Below, piece after piece: positions 10,327-20,896 of a stretch of DNA of 64,000 bases. A program made the translations under genes and the position numbers. Each line of letters opens with the position of its first letter. Position 1 is the first letter of the stretch. The stretch comes from Acidobacteriota bacterium (lineage in GTDB: Bacteria; Acidobacteriota; Thermoanaerobaculia; Multivoradales; UBA5704), in NCBI GenBank assembly GCA_040005235.1, contig JBDTZG010000004.1, forward strand, positions 128,001 through 192,000, given 5' to 3'. The notes under the pieces are model-generated. The model was not told the DNA's origin, did no database searches, and worked only from the letters and a program-made list of their open reading frames with translations.

Positions 10327-11013
10327 ATGGTCGACGTCGTTCTGGTCGAAGACAACGCCACGATTCGGCAGGGCCTCGCGGCGCTGGTCGACGGTACGCC
10401 AGGCTTTCGTTGCTCCGGCGCCTTCGGCGACTGCGAGAGCCTGTTCGCCCACCCCGAAGCTCTCGGATGCGACGTTCTTCTGCTCGATCTTGGGCTTCCC
10501 GGTATGTCCGGCGTCGAGGGGATACGGCACGCCAGGGCGCTCCGTCCGGAGCTGAACGTTCTCGTTCTCACGATCTATGAGCAGAACGAGCTGGTGTTCG
10601 AAGCGCTGTGCGCCGGAGCCTGCGGCTACTTGGTCAAAAAGACCCCGCCCGCCAGACTGCTTGAAGCGATCGGCGAAGCTGCGGCGGGAGGATCGCCGAT
10701 GACCTCGCACGTCGCGCGAATGGTGGTCGAGGTACTCCAGCGCGGCGGCGCGGGCTCGCAGCGGCCCCAAAGCATGGTGCCGGTCGAGGCGGCTTTCTCG
10801 CCTCCGGCGGCGGATGGCGAAGCGCTCCTCACCGCCCGCGAACGCGAAATCCTCCACGGGCTTGCGGGAGGCGCGAGCTACCAAGGCCTTGGTGTCGCGC
10901 TCCACATCGCGCCCGACACGGTCCGATTCCACATCCGCAACATCTACAGAAAGCTCCACGTCCACACCCAGGGCGAAGCGGTGGCGAAGGCGCTTCGGCG
11001 GGGTTTGATCTAG
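10327..11013 (+). CDS. NarL/LuxR family response regulator
   Basis: REC domain (VEDN, LLDLGLPG) and HTH LTAREREIL...TVRFHIRNIYRKLHV. Confidence 0.95.
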   Translation: MVDVVLVEDNATIRQGLAALVDGTPGFRCSGAFGDCESLFAHPEALGCDVLLLDLGLPGMSGVEGIRHARALRPELNVLVLTIYEQNELVFEALCAGACGYLVKKTPPARLLEAIGEAAAGGSPMTSHVARMVVEVLQRGGAGSQRPQSMVPVEAAFSPPAADGEALLTAREREILHGLAGGASYQGLGVALHIAPDTVRFHIRNIYRKLHVHTQGEAVAKALRRGLI

Positions 11014-11161
11014 TTACCCGCACGATCATGCGGGTCCGCCTCGCCTCGGATCCTCCAGCTGGGCAAAAACCCTCGATCCATGCGGCTATTTCGCACGGCG
11101 ACGCGGCCCGACAATGGCTGCGGGCGGCGGAGCATTACGCCGGCCCGCGGAGGAACCGCCC

Positions 11162-12568
11162 ATGCCGGCCGAGATCACTACCCTCGAAACGATCGTTCCG
11201 CCCCGGGTCCAGTCCCACGCGGCAACGGAGGCCCGTGAGCGCCACCCGGTGGGCCTCGCCGTCCTGTTCGCGACCGAGATGTGGGAACGTTTTTCCTACT
11301 ACTCGATGCTCGCGATGTTTACCCTTTACCTTCAGGATCCGGTGCAGGGCTTCGGCTGGGCGCGGGACCGCGCGACGCGGGCTTATGCGCTCTACCTCGC
11401 CTGCGTTTATTTAAGCCCATTGGTTGGCGGTTTCCTCGCCGACCGCAAGCTTGGCTACCGGCGGGCGGTGGCGCTCGGCGGGGTCTTCTTCCTCGCCGGC
11501 CATCTCCTTCTCGCGGTCCATTCGGCGACGGTGATGATCGTGGCTCTCGCCTGTCTCGTGATCGGCAACGGCTTCTTCAAGCCGAACGTCTCGGCGATGG
11601 TCGGCCGGCTCTATCCAGAGGGGAGTGCGATCAAGGACCGCGCATACAACATTTTTTACATGGGGATCAACGTCGGGGCGTTCGTGGCGCCGCTGGTCGC
11701 AGAGGTCGTGCGCAGCCGCTTCGGATACCACGTGGCGTTCGCCGTCGCGGGAGGCGGCATGGCGATCTCGGTGGCGACGCTCACGATCTTCCGCCGTCAC
11801 CTCGCGGCGACCGAGCGCGGCGGCGTTGCCTCGGCTCGGACCGAAAAGCCGGGGCGAATTCCCGCGCCGATCGAGCTCATTCCTGAGCGGCGCCGGGTGC
11901 TCGCGCTGCTCGCGGTCTTCGCGATCGTCATCGTGTTCTGGATGGCCTACAACCAGAACGGTGCGACGTGGACCTACTTCGCCAACGACAACACCGATTG
12001 GACCGCTTCCTCCGTCGTGCCGGTCCTGCTCAAGGTGCTCACCCTCGGAATGCTCGACGCCTCGAACGCCTCGGGCGTCGTGTCGAACGCGATCAATCCG
12101 TTCTTCGTCATCGTCCTCACTTTCCCGCTCCTCGCCTTCTGGAGCTTTCTTGCCCGTCGCGGCAAAGAGCCCGGCACGCCGGCCAAGATGGCGATCGGCA
12201 TGCTGCTCGTGGCGCTGGCGTTCGTCGTCATGGGCCGTGCCGGTCTGGCGGGAGGCAATGTCGGCCGGGTCTCTCCTTGGTGGCTGATCGGAGCCTACGC
12301 CCTGCTTTCGACCGGCGAGCTTATGCTCTCACCCATGGGCCTCGCCCTGGTCGCCAAAGTCGCCCCCGAGCGGGCAAGAGGCTTCCTGATGGGCGCCTGG
12401 TTCGTGTCGATTTCGATGGGCGGCTACCTGGTTGGCGTGATCGGCACGTACTGGAGCGTCTGGGCCCACTCGACCTTCTTCTTCGTCGTCGCCGGCCTGG
12501 CCGCGGCGCTGGGGGTGCTCCTATTTGCCCTGATCAGACCCTTGGGACGGGCTATGCCGGGGGTTTGA
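11162..12568 (+). CDS. POT/PTR proton-dependent oligopeptide transporter
   Basis: EMWERFSYY, GNGFFKPN, FYMGINVGA, GELMLSP; start after GGAGGA. Confidence 0.93.
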   Translation: MPAEITTLETIVPPRVQSHAATEARERHPVGLAVLFATEMWERFSYYSMLAMFTLYLQDPVQGFGWARDRATRAYALYLACVYLSPLVGGFLADRKLGYRRAVALGGVFFLAGHLLLAVHSATVMIVALACLVIGNGFFKPNVSAMVGRLYPEGSAIKDRAYNIFYMGINVGAFVAPLVAEVVRSRFGYHVAFAVAGGGMAISVATLTIFRRHLAATERGGVASARTEKPGRIPAPIELIPERRRVLALLAVFAIVIVFWMAYNQNGATWTYFANDNTDWTASSVVPVLLKVLTLGMLDASNASGVVSNAINPFFVIVLTFPLLAFWSFLARRGKEPGTPAKMAIGMLLVALAFVVMGRAGLAGGNVGRVSPWWLIGAYALLSTGELMLSPMGLALVAKVAPERARGFLMGAWFVSISMGGYLVGVIGTYWSVWAHSTFFFVVAGLAAALGVLLFALIRPLGRAMPGV

Positions 12569-13571
12569 CGGATGGCCGAACGTGCGAAGCTACCGGTTCG
12601 TACCGCCCCAGCCACCCTCCCAGTACGGGGAGGTCCCGCATCGCCTGCCGCCAGCTTGGATTGTGCGGCGAGAAAGGCGAGAGCGCCAGGAACAGGGCGA
12701 GCCAGAGGATGTTCTGAGGAAAGCCCACCCCTAGGGTTAAGTGCGAGCTGAGGTGGAAGAGGGCGAGGGCCAGACCCCAGGGCCGGTGGAGCGAGGGGCG
12801 GGCGATGATCCAGAGCGCGAACAGCTCTAGGTAGATCGTGACGATGCCGGGCAGCCAGCCGGCGAGGGGGTGCGCGACGAACCAGGGTCCGAGGAGGCTC
12901 GCCGTGTCGTCCTCGATCATCTTCCCGGCGATCTGGTGGGCGAGGCCGTTCGGGTGAAGATAAGTGATGAATTCGCCCCGGATCCACTGTTCGAGGACGC
13001 TGCCCGCTTTCCACATGCCCGCCATGCTGTAGGTGAGCAGGATCAGGGCTTGAGTGCCGGAGAAGACCAGTAGAGTCGAGGCGCGAGCCCTGCGGTCAGT
13101 CGATTGGCGGACGTGCCAGCCGTCCGGCAGGAAGATCAGCACGAAGGCGATCAGAACGCCGAGATGGTCGCCGTGGTTGACCGCTCCGAACGAGAATTTG
13201 AGCGCGAGGTATTCGAGCAGCGAAATGAAGATGACGACGCGAGCCCAACGATGCCGGGAGAGCGTCACGGCGAGAATTCCACCGAACAGGTGAAGCCACA
13301 GGATCCCGGCGATGCCGGCTCCGGTTCCGACGAAGCGCAGCCAGAAGAGCGGCCATCGAGGAGTCAGCTCGGTCGTGCTCAGGTAGCCCGCCCAGGAGAA
13401 AAGCTCTCCCGCGGCGAAGAAGAAAAGAATCGCGTAGTAGGCCCCGATCAGGGTCTGGGCGGCGGTGAAGCGCTCGCGCGAGAAGAGATCGAGGGTGGAG
13501 CGGGACCCCCCTGGGGCGGCCTTGGGTTGGAAGAAGGCCGCGATCGCCTCGATGCGGTTGCGCTTCCTCAC
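12552..13571 (-). CDS. HTTM-like multi-pass membrane protein
   Basis: Many TM helices; NHGDH, YSMAGMWK, YLELF, FHL motifs; GTG start overlaps upstream TGA. Confidence 0.65.
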   Translation of the reverse strand: MRKRNRIEAIAAFFQPKAAPGGSRSTLDLFSRERFTAAQTLIGAYYAILFFFAAGELFSWAGYLSTTELTPRWPLFWLRFVGTGAGIAGILWLHLFGGILAVTLSRHRWARVVIFISLLEYLALKFSFGAVNHGDHLGVLIAFVLIFLPDGWHVRQSTDRRARASTLLVFSGTQALILLTYSMAGMWKAGSVLEQWIRGEFITYLHPNGLAHQIAGKMIEDDTASLLGPWFVAHPLAGWLPGIVTIYLELFALWIIARPSLHRPWGLALALFHLSSHLTLGVGFPQNILWLALFLALSPFSPHNPSWRQAMRDLPVLGGWLGRYEPVASHVRPSVKPPA

Positions 13572-14047
13572 AGATTCTCTCCGCTCGCGAATTCGCCGAG
13601 GCTTAGGGATTCGAGGTTGGCGCCGGTCTTCCACTTCTGCACCGGGTCATAACGCTCGAAGACCACCTCGTAGCGCACCCGGCCGACCAGGTAGCTCGTT
13701 TCGAGCTGGAGCCGCAGATCCTTCACTTTGTCCGCCTCTCCTTTTTCGATCGCCCGGCCGAGCCGCTGAATGACCTTGCGGCCGATGTAGCGGTTGCCGA
13801 TGACGAGCGTTTCGGGGGCGTGAGGGAACGGGACCGCCGGTTGGAAGTTCCGTTTCCTCTGGCGCAAGATGAGCAACACGTACCGGCTGTCCTCGTTCGG
13901 AATCTTGGAGAACAGCGACCAACCGTAGAGGGGAATGATCTCGTCGACGCCCGGCAACAGCTTTTGACTCGTCGCCCCGGCGAAGAAATACACCACGACC
14001 AGCAGGGCGAGTTGCCAGCGGAGCCGGCGCAGAGATTGCGTCCTCAT
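13568..14047 (-). CDS. Membrane-anchored partner of HTTM-like protein (SdpA/DUF5819-like)
   Basis: N-terminal TM then EIIPLYGWSLFS; translationally coupled to downstream gene. Confidence 0.6.
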   Translation of the reverse strand: MRTQSLRRLRWQLALLVVVYFFAGATSQKLLPGVDEIIPLYGWSLFSKIPNEDSRYVLLILRQRKRNFQPAVPFPHAPETLVIGNRYIGRKVIQRLGRAIEKGEADKVKDLRLQLETSYLVGRVRYEVVFERYDPVQKWKTGANLESLSLGEFASGENL

Positions 14048-14193
14048 ACTTTAGCGTACCGATCGGAACCTGCAGCTAACTCCTTGAATTTCAAACATCT
14101 TAGATGAGCCGGCGGACGGCGTCAAACCGAGGCGCCATCCCTCCTTCGGGCCTTTTGGCGCCCCGGGGCGGAAACAGATACAATCTCGCAAAT

Positions 14194-14955
14194 ATGTTGA
14201 TCCAAGTCCTGGGCGGCTTCGGCGGGGAGAGCGACCTTTGCAGGATGACGTGCCTGCTGATCAACGGCACGATCGCCCTGGATGCCGGATCCTTGTCTCA
14301 GGTTCTATCGATCGAGCGACAGGTGGGAGTGCATTCGATCGTCCTGTCGCACTCCCACATGGACCACACCAACTCGTTGCCGTTCTTCATCGAGAACGTC
14401 TACGGTCAGGGCGACCGGGCGATCGATCTCCACGCCTCCGAGGCGACCGCCTACGCGATTCGGAAGTACCTGTTCAACAATGCGACCTGGCCGGATTTCA
14501 CCCGCCTGCCCAACCACCTGCTTCCCGCGGTGCGTTTCCATGAATTCGAGTCCGAGGTGCCGATCACGATCGATGGGGTGAAGATCACTCCGATTCCGGT
14601 CGATCACTTGGTGCCAACCCACGGCTTCTTGATCGAAGAAGGAGACCAGGCGTTCCTCTGGTCGAGCGACACCGGTCCCACCCGGCGGTTTTGGGAGATC
14701 GCGAACCGGACGCCGAATCTCTCCGCCCTGTGCATCGAGACCAGCTTCGAGAGCTCGCTCCAGGAAGTGGCGGACATTTCGCTACACCTCACCCCGCGGA
14801 CGCTCGAAATCGAGTTGAGGAAACTGGAGCGCAAGGTGCCAATCCTGCTCCATCACCTGAAGCCCCCTTACGTCAAGCGGATCATGGAAGAGGTCAAGGC
14901 GCTCAAGAACCCCGATCTCGATTTCCTGGAACAGGGCAAGGAATACCGGTTCTAG
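14194..14955 (+). CDS. Metallo-beta-lactamase fold class II cyclic-nucleotide phosphodiesterase-like protein
   Basis: DAGS, SHSHMDH, FNNATWPDF, VDHLVP, SDTGPT, HLTP, HLKP. Confidence 0.85.
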   Translation: MLIQVLGGFGGESDLCRMTCLLINGTIALDAGSLSQVLSIERQVGVHSIVLSHSHMDHTNSLPFFIENVYGQGDRAIDLHASEATAYAIRKYLFNNATWPDFTRLPNHLLPAVRFHEFESEVPITIDGVKITPIPVDHLVPTHGFLIEEGDQAFLWSSDTGPTRRFWEIANRTPNLSALCIETSFESSLQEVADISLHLTPRTLEIELRKLERKVPILLHHLKPPYVKRIMEEVKALKNPDLDFLEQGKEYRF

Positions 14956-15884
14956 ACCCGCAGCCAGCGCGCCCGGGCGAGAAGTCCAAGCCGCGCGCGC
15001 AGTCCGATTTTGGGTGGAGTGTGAAGCAGGCTCCCGTCCGCCTCTTCAACTTGCGATAGCAGCGAAAGCCCGGCGAATAGGGCATAGGCCACCGCTTGGC
15101 GAGAGCCGGCAGGGAGCGCGGGAAGTCCCCGGGCACCGCCCAAGAACAGCGATCGCAGACGACCGCACTCTTTCTTCGCCGTGGCGAGCAGGAGAGCTTC
15201 CGCGGGAGGATTCGGGGCCGCGCCGCCTACTTCCGCCCGCGGCAAGGGACAGCGCCCGGCCGTTGTTTCGCTTCCCAGATTCTGCAGCCGATCGAGGCGG
15301 ATCAGTCCCGCGCCGAGCGCTTCGATCTCGATGGAAAGAGGGGCGCCCAACCAGGCGTGTCCCACCGCTTGGGCGAGAGCGCGGGCGTCGCGCTCCGCTT
15401 CATCGAAGGTTGCCGGTTGATCGTGAACCGCTCGGTGGCGGGCGCAGGCGCAGAGGGCGTTCAATCCTTCGACCGACCAGCGGCGGCGGCCCTGCTCCCG
15501 GCTCATGCCGATGAAAACCGGCTGGCCGACGCCGCGTCCCGAGAGCGCTTCGTCCAGGGCGTACTCCCAGCGGTTGATCGCGGCGAACCGCTCACCCTCC
15601 AGGCCGCGTTGTCGGGCAAAATCGAATAGGACGGCGACGTGAGAAATCAGCGCCTGCGCCCGGCGCCGTTCCGGCCGGGTGAGCAGCGCGAGAGCCGGGG
15701 CGAAATCGCCGAGCCGGCTTCGGGTGAGGTCGGCGCACAGCTCGATCGCCGCTTCCGGGTCCGGTTTCTCTAGAGGAGAGTCGGGCGGCCGGATCTCATC
15801 CGCCAGGCGGCTGTGGCGGCTCGCGCCGAGCGCATCGGCGCGCCATTCCGGGTCGTCCGGATGCCATTCGATCGAGTGGCTCAC
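14952..15884 (-). CDS. Squalene/phytoene synthase (HpnC-like) fold protein with degenerate Asp-rich motifs
   Basis: AIELCADL..DFAPAL, ERFAAINRWE, QPVF, LDRLQNL..GRCPLP resemble HpnC; DDxxD motifs not seen. Confidence 0.6.
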   Translation of the reverse strand: MSHSIEWHPDDPEWRADALGASRHSRLADEIRPPDSPLEKPDPEAAIELCADLTRSRLGDFAPALALLTRPERRRAQALISHVAVLFDFARQRGLEGERFAAINRWEYALDEALSGRGVGQPVFIGMSREQGRRRWSVEGLNALCACARHRAVHDQPATFDEAERDARALAQAVGHAWLGAPLSIEIEALGAGLIRLDRLQNLGSETTAGRCPLPRAEVGGAAPNPPAEALLLATAKKECGRLRSLFLGGARGLPALPAGSRQAVAYALFAGLSLLSQVEEADGSLLHTPPKIGLRARLGLLARARWLRV

Positions 15885-15885
15885 C

Positions 15886-17076
15886 TTAGGCGAGTAGGCA
15901 GAGCAGCTCCCGCTGCGGTTCCGCACCGGTGATTTCCGCTGCGGTCGCCGTGAGCGCGACGTTGATCTCGGTGCGGATCCCGAAGTCGTCGGTCAGGTAC
16001 ACCCCGGGCTCGATCGAGAAGCCGGTCATCGGCAACAGGCGCCGGGTGTCGTGCGTTTCCAGGTTGTCCATGTTGGCGCCCTGGCCATGGTCGCTGATGC
16101 CGATCGAGTGGCCGGTGCGATGGATGAAACGGTCACCGAAGCCGGCGCGACGGATCACCTCGCGGCCGACCTCGTCGACCTCCCAGCCGGCGATGGGCGT
16201 ATGCGGGAAGCGCGAGCGGACCAACTCCCACGAGGCGTCGCGGGCGCCGGAGACCGCCGCCCAAACCTCCTGCTGGCGGTCGGTGGGGGAGGCGGCGCAG
16301 ACCCCGCACCAGGTGATGTCGGCGTAGACGCTCGTCGGGGGCTTTTCTTTCGCCCATAGGTCGATCAGCAGGAAATCGCCCGGGCGGATTGCCGCCGAGC
16401 GCCCCGGGCCGGGCTGGTAGTGCGGGTCGGCGGCGTGGCCGTTCACTCCGACGATCGGGTCCGATTCCGCCCACAGACCCGCCTTTTCGAACGAGTCGAG
16501 GATGAAGCGCTGGATCGTGTATTCGTCGGCCGGCTCGCCGCGGCGGAGGAGGGTTTCGACCTCGTGAAACGCCGCGAGCGCGATCCGGTGCAGGTGGACG
16601 TTCGCCCTGCGATGCCCGGCGAGCTGCTCTTCGGTCCAGACTGCCGCGAACTGCTGCACCAGGTCGGCGCTGCTCGCCAGCTCGACTCCGAAGCTGCGCA
16701 GCAGCTCGGCGGTTCCCGCATCCAGCCGCGAGATGTTCGGCAACTCGTTGTTCGGGCTGTATTGGGCGGCGATCCGGCGGGTGCCGGAGACGAGGTCGCC
16801 GAGCTTTTTTCTGTGCTCCTGCCAGGGGAGGTAGACGTCCTTGCCGCCGGGCAGGTGGTCGAGCATCGAGGACTCGATGGCGTGGACCAATTTCTTTGGC
16901 TCGCCCGCTCGCGGGATCAGGTAATAGCAGCGTCGGGTGACCAGTTTGCCTTCGCCGTTCAAGCTCAACAGGTCGAGGCCGACCGGGTCGATCTGCTGAA
17001 AACAGGCGAACAGCCAGCCGTCGAGATCGGCCTCGGCGAGCGCGTTTTGAATGTCCGTGATCCGTTCCGCGAGCAT
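15886..17076 (-). CDS. Xaa-Pro aminopeptidase (M24)
   Basis: ADPHY, LIDLW, YADITW, HRTGHSIG, FSIEPGVY, GIRTE. Confidence 0.92.
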   Translation of the reverse strand: MLAERITDIQNALAEADLDGWLFACFQQIDPVGLDLLSLNGEGKLVTRRCYYLIPRAGEPKKLVHAIESSMLDHLPGGKDVYLPWQEHRKKLGDLVSGTRRIAAQYSPNNELPNISRLDAGTAELLRSFGVELASSADLVQQFAAVWTEEQLAGHRRANVHLHRIALAAFHEVETLLRRGEPADEYTIQRFILDSFEKAGLWAESDPIVGVNGHAADPHYQPGPGRSAAIRPGDFLLIDLWAKEKPPTSVYADITWCGVCAASPTDRQQEVWAAVSGARDASWELVRSRFPHTPIAGWEVDEVGREVIRRAGFGDRFIHRTGHSIGISDHGQGANMDNLETHDTRRLLPMTGFSIEPGVYLTDDFGIRTEINVALTATAAEITGAEPQRELLCLLA

Positions 17077-17247
17077 CGGTTCCCTCCGAAAAAGTATCTG
17101 GCCCGAATCGTATCAGAGCCTCGGCGCTACACTTCGCGGGCGCGCGAACGCCGCGCGGAAGCCGAGGCTCTGTAGAATCCGCGCAGTCCGACATCTCGAT
17201 CCGACTCTCGGGGATCAAGCCCCGGGCGTCGAGAAAGGAATCCCGTC

Positions 17248-18522
17248 ATGCCCCGTTCCCTCCGTTTCCTACTGATCGTCGCCAGCCTCCTGGTTTTCAC
17301 CGCGATCCCGCGGGCCGCCCAAGCGGCCGGCGAAGGGCGTCTCCTCGGCACCGCGGTCGACGAGGCCGGCGTGCCGCTGCCCGATGTCTTGGTCACCGTC
17401 ACCCGCGAGGGAGTGGCCAATTACAAGCAGGAAAAGAAATCCGACAAGCGGGGCCAATTCACCATCATCGTGCTCGACGCCACGGTGTCGTACAAATTCA
17501 CCCTCACCAAAGAGGGCTTCCTGTCCCTGGAGCAGGATCTAAAGATGAAGCTCGAAGACACGATGCGCCAGAGCTTCACCCTGATCGTGGCGAAAGCGGC
17601 GGCGCCTAAGGTCTCGGCCGAGGAGATGGCAAAGCTCGAAGGCAAGAACCAGGCGATCGCGGCGTTCAACGAAGGGGTGGCGGCGTTCAATGCCAAAGAC
17701 ATGGGACTCGCGGCCGAGAAGTTTCGCCAGGCGACGGATCTCGACCCGACGATCGTCCCGGCGTACGCGGCGCTCGGCGAGGCCTACATGGATCTTGCCA
17801 AGTGGAACGAGGCGCTCGCCGCGACCGACCATTTTCTGGAGCTTTCCCCGGGCGACAAGCGCGGGCTCCAGGACCGCTACGACATTTTGAAGGAGCAGGG
17901 AGACAAGGCGAAGGCGGCAGCGGCGCTCGACGCGCTGATCGCCGCCGATCCGAGCCACGACACCGCGGTGCGGGTGTTCAACCTCGGGGCCGAGTCGTCG
18001 CGCGCCGGAGAAACCGACGCCGCGATTGCCTACCTGGAGCGGGCTCTCACCATCGATCCGACGCTCGACCCGGCGGCCTCCGCGCTCGGCAGTCTGTATC
18101 TCAAGAAGAAGGATTACCCGAAGGCGCTGGCGTTCGCCGAGAAGGTTCTGGCGGCCAAGCCGGGCGATCTCGAAGCGATGACGCTCCGTTACGAGACCTA
18201 TCGGGCGATGGGCGACAAGGCGAAGGCGGCCGAAGCACAGGCAGCGATGCAGACGGCGAGCGCCGCTTCGACCCCGGAAGAGCTGTACAAGCAAGGGGTG
18301 GCGCTCTATAACGCAAACAACTCGGTCGCCGCGCGCGCCACGTTCGAACAGCTGGTCAAGCGCGATCCGAACCACGCCAAAGCGCACTTCCTACTCGGCA
18401 ACATCCTGGTGAGCACGGGAGAGAACGCCGGAGCGAAGGAACATCTCCAGAAGTTCCTGGAGCTCGCACCGAACGACCCCGACGCCGAGACCGCAAAGGA
18501 GATGTTGGCGTATTTGAAGTAG
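17248..18522 (+). CDS. Exported TPR protein with carboxypeptidase-regulatory-like domain
   Basis: Signal peptide, GRLLGTAVDEAGVPLPDVLV, multiple TPRs, FLELAPNDPDA end. Confidence 0.85.
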   Translation: MPRSLRFLLIVASLLVFTAIPRAAQAAGEGRLLGTAVDEAGVPLPDVLVTVTREGVANYKQEKKSDKRGQFTIIVLDATVSYKFTLTKEGFLSLEQDLKMKLEDTMRQSFTLIVAKAAAPKVSAEEMAKLEGKNQAIAAFNEGVAAFNAKDMGLAAEKFRQATDLDPTIVPAYAALGEAYMDLAKWNEALAATDHFLELSPGDKRGLQDRYDILKEQGDKAKAAAALDALIAADPSHDTAVRVFNLGAESSRAGETDAAIAYLERALTIDPTLDPAASALGSLYLKKKDYPKALAFAEKVLAAKPGDLEAMTLRYETYRAMGDKAKAAEAQAAMQTASAASTPEELYKQGVALYNANNSVAARATFEQLVKRDPNHAKAHFLLGNILVSTGENAGAKEHLQKFLELAPNDPDAETAKEMLAYLK

Positions 18523-18630
18523 AAGACTTCGCCGCGTCGGTCCGGCGGAGGGTTCCTCCCCCCGGGGAGGGTGGCGGTTGGGTCCGGGGGGAGGCCAGGA
18601 GGGGGGCGTTCGTGCGGCCGAGGTGCGTCC

Positions 18631-19314
18631 CTACCCCTGTGCCACCTTCTCGTCCTTGGTCACCCAGCCGTCCATCAGGTGGACGATCCGGTCGCCGGCC
18701 AGGGCGTTCTTCTCCGAGTGGGTGACCTGGATGATCGTCATGCCCTGCCGGTTCAATTGGCGGAACAGCTGCATGATCTCCTCGGCCTGAGCCGAGTGCA
18801 GGTTGCCGGTCGGCTCGTCGGCGAGCAGCAGCCTCGGCCCGCCGACGACCGCGCGAGCAACCCCCACCAGCTGCTGCTGGCCGCCCGAAAGCTGGGGCGG
18901 GAAGAGGTCTTTCTTTCCGACGATATGGAACCGGTCGAGCGCCTCGGCCACCAGGGCCTCGCGCTCCGCCCTCTTGATATTCCGGTAGGAGAGGGGCAGG
19001 TCGAGGTTCTCGGCGACGGTCAGGTTGTCGAGCAGGTGATAGCTCTGGAAGACAAAGCCGATGTTCTGCTTGTTCAGCTCCAGCCGCTGCTTCGGTTTGA
19101 GCGCATGGACCGGCTGGTCGAGAAAGCGGAACTGTCCGCTCCAGGAATGATCGAGCATGCCGAGGATCGACATCAGCGTCGTCTTGCCCGAGCCGGAGGG
19201 ACCCATGATGGTGACGAACTCCCCCTCCTCGACTTTCAGGTTGACCTGACGGAGGACCCAGACCTGTCCGGGGCCGGCGGGGTACGTTTTTTCCAGGTTC
19301 TCGATCTCGATCAT
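18631..19314 (-). CDS. ABC transporter ATP-binding protein (MacB/LolD-like)
   Basis: [25 protein letters not shown]. Confidence 0.95.
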   Translation of the reverse strand: MIEIENLEKTYPAGPGQVWVLRQVNLKVEEGEFVTIMGPSGSGKTTLMSILGMLDHSWSGQFRFLDQPVHALKPKQRLELNKQNIGFVFQSYHLLDNLTVAENLDLPLSYRNIKRAEREALVAEALDRFHIVGKKDLFPPQLSGGQQQLVGVARAVVGGPRLLLADEPTGNLHSAQAEEIMQLFRQLNRQGMTIIQVTHSEKNALAGDRIVHLMDGWVTKDEKVAQG

Positions 19315-19365
19315 GCCTCATTCTACGCACGAATCGGGGAAAGGATTTCAGGCAAAGGCGGCGGA

Positions 19366-19406
19366 GAAAAAAAGAGGCGGCGAGCCCGTGCAACGGCCCG
19401 CCGCCT
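19366..19406 (-). terminator. Rho-independent terminator after the Spy/CpxP-like gene
   Basis: AGGCGGCG...CCGCCGCCT stem followed by a T-run on the minus strand. Confidence 0.6.
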
Positions 19407-19454
19407 GGAGAGGTCTGGGTGGATGTCTTGTCGCTCGGGGCAAGCCCCCGCGCC

Positions 19455-19895
19455 TTACCGCGGGTGGTCGATCCGGTCCTTGAGCGCGTCGTACTTGAGC
19501 AGCTGTTCCGGGGTGAGAATGGCCGAGAAGTCGTCGTCAAAGGCCTGAAGCAGCGTCTCGATCTGCTCGTACTTGTCATGGCGGGAGACGACCAGGGCGC
19601 CGACCGCGCAAGCGTCGGGATTGGCGGCATTCAGGGCGGTCCGGATCTGCTCGTTGAGGGTCTTGATCTCGTCGCCGATCGGCCGAATCGCCGTGCGGGC
19701 GGTGGTGGCGAGCGTGCGCAGCGTCGCGATCTGCGTGGCGTTCAAGCGGAGCCCGCGGACCAGCACCTGGGGATTCTTCAAGAACTGGGCGATCGCCTTG
19801 TTGTCTCCCCCTTCGTCCTGGGCGCGGGCCGGGGCTACGGCGGCAACGGTGGCGAGAAGGGCGAGCCCGAGGATGAACAGACGCTTCGGCTGCAT
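19455..19895 (-). CDS. Exported Spy/CpxP-like (LTxxQ) helical protein
   Basis: Signal peptide APARA-Q, LRLNATQ, AILTPEQ; AAGGAG RBS. Confidence 0.75.
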   Translation of the reverse strand: MQPKRLFILGLALLATVAAVAPARAQDEGGDNKAIAQFLKNPQVLVRGLRLNATQIATLRTLATTARTAIRPIGDEIKTLNEQIRTALNAANPDACAVGALVVSRHDKYEQIETLLQAFDDDFSAILTPEQLLKYDALKDRIDHPR

Positions 19896-20005
19896 GGGTT
19901 TCTCCTTTGTCCGACGAGGTTGTAAGGCCGAGTGCATCGCATCGGCGACGCGTTTCGTTGTCTTCGGGGGATGAAACCCGGGCCGGACGGATTTCTTGCG
20001 GTCCC

Positions 20006-20038
20006 AAACAAAACCGCCCGGCATCGAGCCGGGCGGTT
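20006..20038 (-). terminator. Rho-independent terminator after the ABC ATPase
   Basis: Perfect 11-bp stem AACCGCCCGGC/GCCGGGCGGTT followed by a T-rich tail on the minus strand. Confidence 0.75.
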
Positions 20039-20070
20039 CGGTCCTACGCGCCTAAAGTCCGGTCAAACGA

Positions 20071-20820
<750 letters not shown>

Positions 20821-20896
20821 GGGTTTCCCCCCTCGTTCTTTATCGATTTGTCTTCGACCCGATCAAATCAGATTTGGTCGAGTTAATCCAGTTGAT

